Origin: Clostridiales bacterium
GTDB lineage: Bacteria > Bacillota > Clostridia > Oscillospirales > Oscillospiraceae
Direction: 5' to 3'
Assembly: GCA_004553495.1 (NCBI GenBank)
Contig: SFLE01000009.1
Location: 33,616-97,615 of the forward strand
Length of the DNA stretch: 64,000 nucleotides
The translations under genes and the position numbers were made by a program. The notes beneath the pieces are model-generated. The model ran no database searches. It was not told the DNA's origin and was given only the letters and a program-made list of their open reading frames with translations. Positions 44,935 to 53,542 of the stretch are shown here, in pieces. Position 1 is the stretch's first letter. The number at the start of each line of letters is the position of its first letter.

Positions 44935-45542
44935 CCGAAATGCTCGACAAGGATATAATCGACAGAGTCAACGACGGTGATGCCGAAGCCTTTGAGGAGC
45001 TTGTGCGGCGGTATGAGAAAACGGTGTTCAACATTGCCCTGCGTATGGTGGGCGACAGGGACGATGCCGCCGATATGACGCAGGAGGCGTTTATAAAGGC
45101 ATATGGCAGCCTTGGCTCATTTCACGGCAACAGCAAGTTTTCCGTATGGCTTTATCGGATAACCACGAATGTGTGCCTTGACCACCTGCGCGCGAAAGCG
45201 CGGAAAAAACAGGTGCCTTTGGGTCTTGCCGACGATGCCGAGCAGGAGCTTGACATTCCGGATATGCGCGAAATGCCCGAGGAGCAGCTAATGCGGAAGC
45301 TGAGTATGCAGGCCGTTCAACGCGGGCTCGAGCGCCTTGCGCCGGAGCACCGGCAGATACTCATTATGCGCGAGCTCGGCGGCATGAGCTATGCCGAAAT
45401 TTCATCCGCGCTCTCACTTGAGGAGGGCACGGTCAAATCCCGTATCTTTCGTGCGAGAAAAAATCTGTGCGCATTCCTTCTGGCTGACGGGAACATTCCC
45501 GACTCTATAGCGTCAAAGAATAGGAAGGGAGGCGACCGGTGA
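44931..45542 (+). CDS. ECF-type RNA polymerase sigma-70 family factor
   Basis: Region 2 (FEELVRRYEKTVFNIALRMVGDRDDAADMTQEAFIKAY, WLYRITTNVCLDHLR) and region 4 (SYAEISSALSLEEGTVKSRIFRAR). ATGA overlap with dusB. Confidence 0.88.
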   Translation: MTEMLDKDIIDRVNDGDAEAFEELVRRYEKTVFNIALRMVGDRDDAADMTQEAFIKAYGSLGSFHGNSKFSVWLYRITTNVCLDHLRAKARKKQVPLGLADDAEQELDIPDMREMPEEQLMRKLSMQAVQRGLERLAPEHRQILIMRELGGMSYAEISSALSLEEGTVKSRIFRARKNLCAFLLADGNIPDSIASKNRKGGDR

Positions 45543-46210
45543 TGGAGCACGAAAAGTGTATAGAGCTCATAAGCTCGCTTATAGACGGCGAGCTAAGCGA
45601 TGCCGAAAGCACCGGTGTGCGCGAGCATATCGCCTCATGTCCCGAGTGCAGGAGAGTGTACGAGGCGTTCAGCGCCGTGTCGGATAGCCTGTGTGAGTCT
45701 GAGGATGTGCCCGATGGTCTGCACGAGGATATTATAAGCGGGATAAAGCGCTCAGAGAAAAAGCGCCCGCGCCTTATCTGGCTGAAAACCCTGTCCGCCG
45801 CTGCGTGCCTTGCGCTCGTGTTATTCGCCGGAGCAAGGGCGGGAATTTTTACTTCGCAGAGCAATGAGATGAACGATAATGCAAGCGGTCAGAACGAGCC
45901 CAACGGTGTGACAGTGGTATACCAGGACGGCTATGACGATGACGGCACCGAAAAAGGCGCCGTCAGAGCGGTGAGCATCGAGGTCACAGATGCGGAGGTG
46001 GCAAAGCAGCTCGCTTTGCTGCTTGAGCCGAGCGGCGAGGATAAAACGCCGCCCGAGCGTGAGCCGGACATGACGGTGACATTTACATTCGGCGATGATC
46101 TGACTCCTATAGAGCTTTATTTCAACGGACAGGATGTCTATGTCGATTACGGCGACGGCGCATTCCACACAAAGGCGACCGCGGATGAGATAAAGAAGCT
46201 GCTGAGTTGA
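45539..46210 (+). CDS. Anti-sigma factor (zf-HC2, single TM helix)
   Basis: C..LISSLIDGEL......REHIASCPECR zinc-finger motif and a TM helix (LSAAACLALVLFAGA). The start is GTG 45539 or ATG 45542 and overlaps the sigma stop. Confidence 0.85.
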   Translation: MMEHEKCIELISSLIDGELSDAESTGVREHIASCPECRRVYEAFSAVSDSLCESEDVPDGLHEDIISGIKRSEKKRPRLIWLKTLSAAACLALVLFAGARAGIFTSQSNEMNDNASGQNEPNGVTVVYQDGYDDDGTEKGAVRAVSIEVTDAEVAKQLALLLEPSGEDKTPPEREPDMTVTFTFGDDLTPIELYFNGQDVYVDYGDGAFHTKATADEIKKLLS

Positions 46211-46225
46211 GCGGAAAATAATCAA

Positions 46226-46253
46226 AAAAGAGCTCCCCATGGGGAGCTCTTTT
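46226..46253. terminator. Bidirectional terminator
   Basis: AAAAGAGCTCCCC-AT-GGGGAGCTCTTTT. Confidence 0.85.
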
Positions 46254-46254
46254 A

Positions 46255-47169
46255 TTAGTTATTCCAAAGCGTCGGGGGGTATACTCCGGCTTCGTGCAGC
46301 TGCATGAGGTCTTTAACGACGCCGGGCTTGTCCTCCTTATAGGTCAGCCCGAACCAGCGGCCGTTTGTGTTCAAAACCGCTATGGAAATGTCGCCGCTTG
46401 CGGTCATGTCGCCCATCATGGTCGGCAGCAGGCACTCGGACTTGTTGTCGCCGTCGGGCAGGGCGACGAGGAAATCCTCAAAGTAACGCTGCATAACGGG
46501 CAGAATGTCCTGATGATAGCCCCACAGATTCATGGAAACGAGCGTGTCGGGCGCGAGCACGGGACCGTCCTCACCGTCGGAGGTGTCGCGGATGAGACCG
46601 TCGGGCATTAGCTTTATCTTGTAGGTCTCCTTAACGCCGGACAGAAGCCCGTTTTCCTCCATGCACACGCCGCGCGTCACCGTGCCGAACGGACTTATGG
46701 TATTTTTGAGCCTGTATGCCACCATTGCGGCATCGTGCGCGTCCTTTAATTCATCGAGCTTCGATGCCATGACATTGAATGCCTCGGTGCCGTAATAGTC
46801 GTCGGCATTCATAACGGCAAAGGGCGAGGTTATGACATCCTTTGCGCAGATAACGGCGTGCACCGTGCCGAGCGGCTTTGTGCGCGCGGCAAAGTCGGGG
46901 CGGCTCTCGGTGAATTTGTCGGGGGTCTGGAAGGCGTAGTCTATCTTTATGCCGGTGCTTTTTTCAACTCTGTCGCCGAAAAGCTCCTTCGTATCGTCGA
47001 AGATCTCGGGCTTTATGATAAGCACTATTTTGTTAAATCCGGCTCTGACGGCATCGTAGAGAGCATACTCCATGAGTATCTCGCCGTCGGGACCAAGACG
47101 CTCGATCTGCTTTACTCCGCCGTAGCGCGAGCCGAGACCGGCAGCCATGACAACTAAGGTCTTATCCAT
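46255..47169 (-). CDS. Sugar-phosphate nucleotidyltransferase family protein
   Basis: VVMAAGLGSRYGG.KQ N-terminal NTP-binding loop; 304 aa. Confidence 0.7.
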   Translation of the reverse strand: MDKTLVVMAAGLGSRYGGVKQIERLGPDGEILMEYALYDAVRAGFNKIVLIIKPEIFDDTKELFGDRVEKSTGIKIDYAFQTPDKFTESRPDFAARTKPLGTVHAVICAKDVITSPFAVMNADDYYGTEAFNVMASKLDELKDAHDAAMVAYRLKNTISPFGTVTRGVCMEENGLLSGVKETYKIKLMPDGLIRDTSDGEDGPVLAPDTLVSMNLWGYHQDILPVMQRYFEDFLVALPDGDNKSECLLPTMMGDMTASGDISIAVLNTNGRWFGLTYKEDKPGVVKDLMQLHEAGVYPPTLWNN

Positions 47170-47191
47170 TTTGTTCTCCTTTGTATTTATA

Positions 47192-48652
47192 TTATTTAAT
47201 GCAGGTTCTTGTATATGTGCCGCGGCGGAACAGCTCCGTTTCCGGCGCGCTCAGCAGCCATGCGAGGTACACCTCGGGCCAGTGCTGCTGCAATATGAGC
47301 GAATCGCCGCCGCGCTGGTAGGTGTCAACAATGAGAATTACGAGCTGCTCGTAGAAATAATCCTGAGCGCCGCCGGTGACCTTTGTGGCGGTGTATTTTG
47401 CGGCATAGCGGAAAAGAATGCCGATGAGCGTGAATATTATCTCCGTTGCCGGTGATTTGTCGCCGGATTTGCGCTTTGAGATCATAACTCCGAGTCGCTG
47501 CATTTTCTCTATGCCGCCGAGTTCGTGCCAGTTATCAATGAGCGAGCAGAGGTCGGATGCCATCGCCTCGTTGCCGTCGAGTAAGAATTGAAGGAATTTT
47601 TTTAGCTCGAACACATCGCCGCTCATCTTGCTGCGCATATAGTCCATCGCAAGCTGCTGATACCCGTTGTCGCGGTATTTCTCCGGCGTGTCGAGCAGGT
47701 CGTCTATATAATCAAACAGCAGGTCCAGCGCAAGCTCCTGATCGTCGAGCGGCACATAGTCGGCATCGACCTCGAGCTCCTGCATCAGCTTTTTAAACTG
47801 CGTCTGCATCTGCCCGAGAAGCTTTGTGTATTCTGCCGCGCCGCGCCGCGCCTTGCAGGGCACTATCATGTCGGTGCCGTAGCGCGTGAGGTGCCAATAC
47901 CTCAGCGGCATACGGGGAACGACATCAATTTCGGATATGATGTTGAATATATTGTCTGTAAAGTCCGCCGCCCTATCGTACACCGTGAGAGGGGTGGCAA
48001 AGCTGTAGGCAAACACATTGTCCTTGCCGATACCGCTTTCAAAGGTTAGCCGCGCGCCCAACAGGTTCGTAACGGCACCGCCGCGGCTGTACCCGCACAC
48101 CCAGATTCTGAGCCTTTCGCGGTCGAAGCCGCGCCGGTCAATATACTTTTCGAGTGCCTCGTACACCTCGTCGGCGGCTTTCTTGAAGCCCGCGGAGAAA
48201 TCGGGCAGATCGTCCTCAACGGCGTGGGCATTGCTGACCCACTCGCCGCCGTAGCGGTGGCTGCGGATGACAACGGGGATGAGGAAAAAGTCGTCCGGAA
48301 GCTTCTTTGCGCCGAAGATATAGCCGCAGGTGTCCTCGCAGCTTTTCTGATCGTCATACCGGTGGCTTTCTATGGTGCGGTCGTCGAAGCCCATCTTGTG
48401 CAGGGCTGAGCGGGTGTATTTATCGCCGTCGTTTTTATAGGTGAATGAGCTCATCGTGAGCCCCAGCGACAGTATTGCAAGCTTGTGGTTATATGAGCAT
48501 GCCGAGCGCATGAAAAACGAGTCGGAATAATAAAAATCAAGCGTTCCTATATCCTTGGGGGGATCGGATTTGGAGATCATAACGCTTATGGGCACGCTGC
48601 CGCTTACGGGCGTGCCGTTGGTCCCGTCAAAGTAAAATCTGAGATCAGTCAT
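47192..48652 (-). CDS. Lipase class-3-like alpha/beta hydrolase (cytoplasmic)
   Basis: Nucleophile elbow VCGYSRGGA (G-x-S-x-G); no signal peptide; 486 aa. Confidence 0.6.
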   Translation of the reverse strand: MTDLRFYFDGTNGTPVSGSVPISVMISKSDPPKDIGTLDFYYSDSFFMRSACSYNHKLAILSLGLTMSSFTYKNDGDKYTRSALHKMGFDDRTIESHRYDDQKSCEDTCGYIFGAKKLPDDFFLIPVVIRSHRYGGEWVSNAHAVEDDLPDFSAGFKKAADEVYEALEKYIDRRGFDRERLRIWVCGYSRGGAVTNLLGARLTFESGIGKDNVFAYSFATPLTVYDRAADFTDNIFNIISEIDVVPRMPLRYWHLTRYGTDMIVPCKARRGAAEYTKLLGQMQTQFKKLMQELEVDADYVPLDDQELALDLLFDYIDDLLDTPEKYRDNGYQQLAMDYMRSKMSGDVFELKKFLQFLLDGNEAMASDLCSLIDNWHELGGIEKMQRLGVMISKRKSGDKSPATEIIFTLIGILFRYAAKYTATKVTGGAQDYFYEQLVILIVDTYQRGGDSLILQQHWPEVYLAWLLSAPETELFRRGTYTRTCIK

Positions 48653-48735
48653 CTAAAGCCTCCGTGGGAATTTATTGTTATCAGTATATAATTTTTTGCC
48701 GTGCAAAGCAAGCGCTAAAATTAACGCTATGGCAC

Positions 48736-48764
48736 TTGACAATGTTTGCACGGCGGGGTATATT
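48736..48764 (+). promoter_or_regulatory. Sigma-A promoter of the transglutaminase-like/DUF4358/MBOAT/DHHW operon
   Basis: TTGACA (48736-48741), 17 nt, TATATT (48759-48764). A ~90-nt 5' UTR follows with an AACTGTG...CACAGTT hairpin. Confidence 0.65.
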
Positions 48765-48855
48765 AACTGTGCTAACTCAAGCCACACAGTTAAGGGCTTT
48801 AAAAAATGTTGAAACTTTTTTGATTTTAAGACGTATTATCGAAAGGGAGACTGCT

Positions 48856-49932
48856 ATGAAAACAAAAATCTCGAAAATCATGCGTGTTGTGACGCCTGTA
48901 ATGCTCGTTTTGCTGTTGGCGCTCAACGTGTTTACGCTTTATAAGGTATATGCGCTGGAAAACGGCTATGACGAAAACACCGAGGACGTTGCGCAGGAAA
49001 ACGACGTGAGCATAGGCGACTATGTGATAAAGTCAACGACGCAGATCTCCGATGCGTATAAATCGGGCGATTCGTCAAAGCTGTCGGATAAGGACAAGGA
49101 AACGCTCGACATGGCAAAGAGCGTGCTTGACGGGATAATCACCGATGGCATGACGGACTATGAAAAGGAGCTTGCGGTCTACCGCTGGATGACCTCGAAC
49201 ATCGGCTTTGACGAAAACTCTCTGAGCGTTATCCCCGAGAGCGAGACGGGCGAGGTGGATAATCCCTATGGCGTGCTCAAATATCGCAGCGCGGTCTGCG
49301 TGGGCTACGCCACGACGTTCAGGCTTTTCATGCAGATGATGAACATCGACTGCATGGTCGTGCACGATTCGTATCTTTCCCACTCGTGGGATCTCGTGAA
49401 ATTGGACGGCAAGTGGTATCACACCGACATTTACGCCGACACCCCGGGCGGCAACTTCTCGCATTTTAACGTGAGCGACCGGACGATGATGAACATTAAC
49501 GAGTGGAACACCGATTTCTTCCCCGCCGCGGACGGATATGAGTATAATTACGCCTATATGAACAAAACTAAGTGCAGCGACATTTACACCATCCCCGGGC
49601 TTCTTCGCGCAGCCATTGATTCGAATAAGGGCGTTCTGAGCTTCGACTTCGGCGAGAAGGTCGGCGATGATACATATAACGTCATAGAGGCTATTATGAG
49701 CAAAATCGAGGAGACTGCACCCTTTACCGCGGATAAGAGCGTGACCCTGAGCTGGGAATGGCTCGAGGCGGACAGCGAGAACGTGTTCTGCATCTATATA
49801 AACTACGAGGATAACGGCGGCGACGCAGACCCCGAGGACGGACTGGACGCTGCGACGCGGCAGAGAATAGACAGCGCCGTGACCAAGGCGTTCGGCGAAG
49901 GCGTCAGTAGCGGCAGTGAGGCGGTGGGCTGA
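48856..49932 (+). CDS. Membrane-anchored transglutaminase-like cysteine-protease-fold protein
   Basis: Start at ATG 48856 (RBS AGGGAGA). N-terminal TM helix and a Cys-His-Asp core: RSAVCVGYATTF...SHSWDLV...WYHTDIY. Confidence 0.75.
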   Translation: MKTKISKIMRVVTPVMLVLLLALNVFTLYKVYALENGYDENTEDVAQENDVSIGDYVIKSTTQISDAYKSGDSSKLSDKDKETLDMAKSVLDGIITDGMTDYEKELAVYRWMTSNIGFDENSLSVIPESETGEVDNPYGVLKYRSAVCVGYATTFRLFMQMMNIDCMVVHDSYLSHSWDLVKLDGKWYHTDIYADTPGGNFSHFNVSDRTMMNINEWNTDFFPAADGYEYNYAYMNKTKCSDIYTIPGLLRAAIDSNKGVLSFDFGEKVGDDTYNVIEAIMSKIEETAPFTADKSVTLSWEWLEADSENVFCIYINYEDNGGDADPEDGLDAATRQRIDSAVTKAFGEGVSSGSEAVG

Positions 49933-50411
49933 TGAAAAGAATATTCTGCCTGCTGTGTGCGGCGGCGCTCTGCCTCGGCTTGTGCGCCTGCGGCGAAAAA
50001 ACGCAGAAAATCGATATGTATGAGCTCGAAAAGAGCATGATAAGCGCGGATAAGAGCCTGCCGGAGATGATGGTCACCGGCAGTTGGGAAGAAAATGCGG
50101 AAAAAGCCTTTTCATATATATCCGACTTGGAGTATAATAAGGTGTCCGGCTACTTTTTGGCGTATGCCGCCGACGGCACGGCATATGAGATAGCTGTGGT
50201 GCAGCTTAAAGACAAGGCGGATGTGACCGCCGCTGCCGACAGCCTCAAGGCTCATGTGCAGGACAGGGTGCAGCTTTACAAGACATACGAGCCGGAGCAG
50301 ACCCAGCGCGCGGAAAGCGCCGTTGTGAAAACCGACGGGAGCTTTGTCCTGCTCATTATGAGCGACACGCCGCAGAACGCGGAGACCGCATTCAAAGAAT
50401 TTATAAAATAA
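49932..50411 (+). CDS. DUF4358-like lipoprotein (second copy in window)
   Basis: Lipobox GLCAC|G; 159 aa; EIAVVQLKD...LYKTYEPEQ...FVLLIMSD pattern. TGATG overlap with the upstream gene. Confidence 0.6.
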   Translation: MKRIFCLLCAAALCLGLCACGEKTQKIDMYELEKSMISADKSLPEMMVTGSWEENAEKAFSYISDLEYNKVSGYFLAYAADGTAYEIAVVQLKDKADVTAAADSLKAHVQDRVQLYKTYEPEQTQRAESAVVKTDGSFVLLIMSDTPQNAETAFKEFIK

Positions 50412-50425
50412 CGGAGACATAACAG

Positions 50426-51826
50426 ATGGTATTCAGCAGCACGATATTCCTTTGCATATATCTGCCCCTTGTACTGTTGGGGTATTATATCTGCCCGAAA
50501 AAGGGGCGGAATCTCTTCCTGCTGATAGTCAGTCTCGTGTTCTATGCATGGGGCGAGCCGAAATATGTTTTCCTGATGATATTCTCCATTCTGGTTAACT
50601 ATGTTTTCGGCCGCCTCATGGATAAAAACCGCGGGAACGGAAAAAGACTCAAACTCATGCTCGTTTTGTCGGTCGTTATCGACCTCGGGCTGCTGGGATT
50701 TTTCAAGTACACGGATTTCATCATAAGCAATGTAAACGCCATATTCAGCACCGGCTTTGACCTTTTGAACATCGCCCTGCCGATAGGCATATCGTTCTAT
50801 ACTTTCCAGGCGATGAGCTACACGATAGATGTCTACCGCGACGATGTCAAGGTGCAGAAAAACCTTATAGACTTCGGTATGTACATCACCATGTTCCCGC
50901 AGCTCATTGCCGGTCCCATCGTCCGCTATTCCGATGTTGAAACTCAGCTTGCCGAGCGCACGGTGACGACGGGCGATTTTGCCGACGGCATAATGCGGTT
51001 TATAGTGGGTCTCGGCAAAAAGGTGCTGCTTGCAAATCAGATAGGCGCGCTGTGGACGGAGATATACGGTCTCGGCGGCATGAGCTCGGCGCTCACGGCG
51101 TGGCTCGGCGCAGCGGCGTTCACATTCCAGATATACTTCGACTTCTCCGGCTATTCCGACATGGCGATAGGTCTGGGAAAGATGTTCGGCTTCAAGTTCC
51201 CCGAAAACTTCCGCTATCCGTATGAGTCGGTGTCGATAACCGACTTCTGGAGAAGATGGCACATAACGCTGAGCACATGGTTCAAGGAGTATCTTTACAT
51301 CCCGCTCGGCGGCAACCGCCGCGGACTTGCGCGTCAGGCGCTGAACCTTCTGATAGTCTGGTCGCTCACCGGCTTCTGGCACGGTGCGGGCTGGAACTTC
51401 GTGATGTGGGGACTGTATTATTTCGTGATACTGTTCATCGAAAAGCTGTTCCTGCTAAAGGCGCTGGACAAGCTGCCGAAGCTGCTGCGCCATCTGTATT
51501 CGCTGCTGCTCATAGTTATCGGCTGGGTGATATTCGCCTGCGACGATATGAGCGTGCTGCTGCCGTATCTGGGCTCGATGTTCGGTGCAAACGGCGCTCT
51601 CGGCGGGCTGGATGTGTACTGGCTCATAACAAAGCTTGCGCTGCTCGTTATATGCGCGGTCGCGTCAACGCAAATGCCGAAGAAGCTGTTTGCAAGCGTC
51701 ACCGGCACCATGAACGAGAAGGCTGCGTTTGCCGTAAAATCGGTGCTGGCGGTCGCGCTGCTCGTTCTGAGCATGGCGTTTCTCATCGGCGACAGCTACA
51801 ACCCGTTCCTTTACTTCAGATTTTAA
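50426..51826 (+). CDS. MBOAT-family membrane O-acyltransferase (AlgI/DltB-like)
   Basis: 466 aa, polytopic. SFYTFQAMSYTIDVYR, FWRRWHITLSTWF..YLYIPLGGNR (catalytic His context), GFWHGAGWNF. Confidence 0.9.
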   Translation: MVFSSTIFLCIYLPLVLLGYYICPKKGRNLFLLIVSLVFYAWGEPKYVFLMIFSILVNYVFGRLMDKNRGNGKRLKLMLVLSVVIDLGLLGFFKYTDFIISNVNAIFSTGFDLLNIALPIGISFYTFQAMSYTIDVYRDDVKVQKNLIDFGMYITMFPQLIAGPIVRYSDVETQLAERTVTTGDFADGIMRFIVGLGKKVLLANQIGALWTEIYGLGGMSSALTAWLGAAAFTFQIYFDFSGYSDMAIGLGKMFGFKFPENFRYPYESVSITDFWRRWHITLSTWFKEYLYIPLGGNRRGLARQALNLLIVWSLTGFWHGAGWNFVMWGLYYFVILFIEKLFLLKALDKLPKLLRHLYSLLLIVIGWVIFACDDMSVLLPYLGSMFGANGALGGLDVYWLITKLALLVICAVASTQMPKKLFASVTGTMNEKAAFAVKSVLAVALLVLSMAFLIGDSYNPFLYFRF

Positions 51827-51838
51827 GAGGTGAGCGTG

Positions 51839-52936
51839 ATGAAAAAATTCCATATCGCGCTTATCGCGGTATTTATTGCTATCATAACCTTGCCCGCTGT
51901 ATTTGTGTTTGCGGGCACGGATAAAGAGTTTTCGGAAAACGAAAACAGAATGCTCCAGACAGCTCCGGTGCTCAGCCTTGATAACATCCTTTCCGGCAGC
52001 TTTCAGGAGAAGATAACCGACTATATATCCGATCAGTTTCCCGCGCGCGATACATGGACAAGGCTCGGCACCGATGTGAAAAAGCTCGCAGGCTTTAAGG
52101 ACATCGGCGGGGCATACCTCGGAGACGACGGTTATTACATGGAAAAGCTCACGCCTGAGGATGTAAATGAGACTAACCTCAGGAGCAATCTCGTCATGAT
52201 CGACGAGTTTGCAAAGAAAAACGAGGGCATTCCCATTACGATGCTGCTCGTTCCGGCGACCGGTACGGTAATGGACGACAAGCTCCCCGCGCACGCGCAG
52301 ATGTACGATGCCGAGAAGCTGAGGGACACTGTAGTCACCGCGCTTCCCGATTTGAATGTCCCCGACCTGTACACATGCCTGCGGGAGAATAAGTCCGAGC
52401 AGATATACTATCGCACGGATCACCACTGGACATGGAACGGCGCGTATGCGGCATACAAGCTGCTTGTACCGGACGGGGCGTACAGCGCATCGCCCGAGCT
52501 GTTCAGCGAGTCGTTCCTCGGAACGACCTATTCCAAAACGCTCGATGCCTCCGCAAAGGCGGATAAGGTGTATATAGCGCCGGTATCCGATAATGTCGCC
52601 GTCACCGCCGACGGCAAGCAGATACCGCTGTACGACATGGCGGCGAAAAACGAAAAGGACAAGTACAAGGTCTTTTTCGGCGGCAACTACGGGCAGACGG
52701 TCATAACCGGCGGCTGCGATAACGGCAAAACGCTGCTTGTCATAAAGGACTCGTTTGCAAACAGCCTCGTTCCGTTCCTGACGGCTGATTATGAGACGAT
52801 AATAATGCTCGATATGCGCTATTACATGGGCTCTGTCCAGAGCATTATCGAGGAGAGCAATGTTGACGAGATCCTCTTCGCGCAGGAAATGAGCAGCTTT
52901 TCAAATGACCGAAACCTTATAAAGCTTACATTCTGA
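51839..52936 (+). CDS. DHHW-family protein (AlgX/AlgJ-like extracytoplasmic acyl-transfer partner)
   Basis: N-terminal TM anchor and the YYRTDHHWTWNGAY signature. Start at ATG 51839 (RBS AGAGGTGAG). Confidence 0.85.
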   Translation: MKKFHIALIAVFIAIITLPAVFVFAGTDKEFSENENRMLQTAPVLSLDNILSGSFQEKITDYISDQFPARDTWTRLGTDVKKLAGFKDIGGAYLGDDGYYMEKLTPEDVNETNLRSNLVMIDEFAKKNEGIPITMLLVPATGTVMDDKLPAHAQMYDAEKLRDTVVTALPDLNVPDLYTCLRENKSEQIYYRTDHHWTWNGAYAAYKLLVPDGAYSASPELFSESFLGTTYSKTLDASAKADKVYIAPVSDNVAVTADGKQIPLYDMAAKNEKDKYKVFFGGNYGQTVITGGCDNGKTLLVIKDSFANSLVPFLTADYETIIMLDMRYYMGSVQSIIEESNVDEILFAQEMSSFSNDRNLIKLTF

Positions 52937-52940
52937 TATA

Positions 52941-52971
52941 AAAAATGACACCCGAAGGGTGTCATTTTTTT
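52941..52971. terminator. Bidirectional terminator
   Basis: AAAAATGACACCC-GAA-GGGTGTCATTTTT. Confidence 0.85.
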
Positions 52972-53540
52972 CTGCTTGAGTCCCACGGAACGGGGGTCTG
53001 ACCCTTGTCAACTATGAGATACGCCTTTTTCGCTATGCGTGCCATCGGCTCATCGGAGTACGAGTCAGAGTAAAACGCTTCGGTGACCGCGTCGGGATGC
53101 AGCTCATAGAACCTGCGCACCTTCTCCTCGCCATAGCAGTTTTTGCCGAGCATTTTGCCGGTGCGCTTGTCCATCGGCGTTGCGATAAGCTCTATGCCGA
53201 GACGGTCGGTCATCGGCTTTACGACAAACTCCGGCGATGCGGAGATGACTATATCGTCGTCTCTGCGCTGGGCGAGGTACCACGGGGCTATCCTGTCCTC
53301 GTGCTCGTCCCAGTAGCGGCTGAGAAGCGCGTCGATGTCGTCGATATTGCGCACAAAGCTGAATATGTGCTCCTTGAGCCGCTCCTTTGATATGAGCTTG
53401 AGCGCGTAAAGCGCGCCTATAACGAGCATTTTCGGCACCCACAGCAGCATGAGAGCGGGATGGGCGTGCATATACCAGCGCACGAAGGTCGCCGACGAAT
53501 CAGGGTAAAATATCGTTTTGTCAAAATCGTATGTATTCAT
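52962..53540 (-). CDS. HAD-superfamily hydrolase (subfamily IB-like)
   Basis: Motif I YDFDKTI at the N-terminus; 192 aa. Lies 2 nt downstream of the P-type ATPase gene. Confidence 0.7.
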   Translation of the reverse strand: MNTYDFDKTIFYPDSSATFVRWYMHAHPALMLLWVPKMLVIGALYALKLISKERLKEHIFSFVRNIDDIDALLSRYWDEHEDRIAPWYLAQRRDDDIVISASPEFVVKPMTDRLGIELIATPMDKRTGKMLGKNCYGEEKVRRFYELHPDAVTEAFYSDSYSDEPMARIAKKAYLIVDKGQTPVPWDSSRKK

Positions 53541-53542
53541 TG

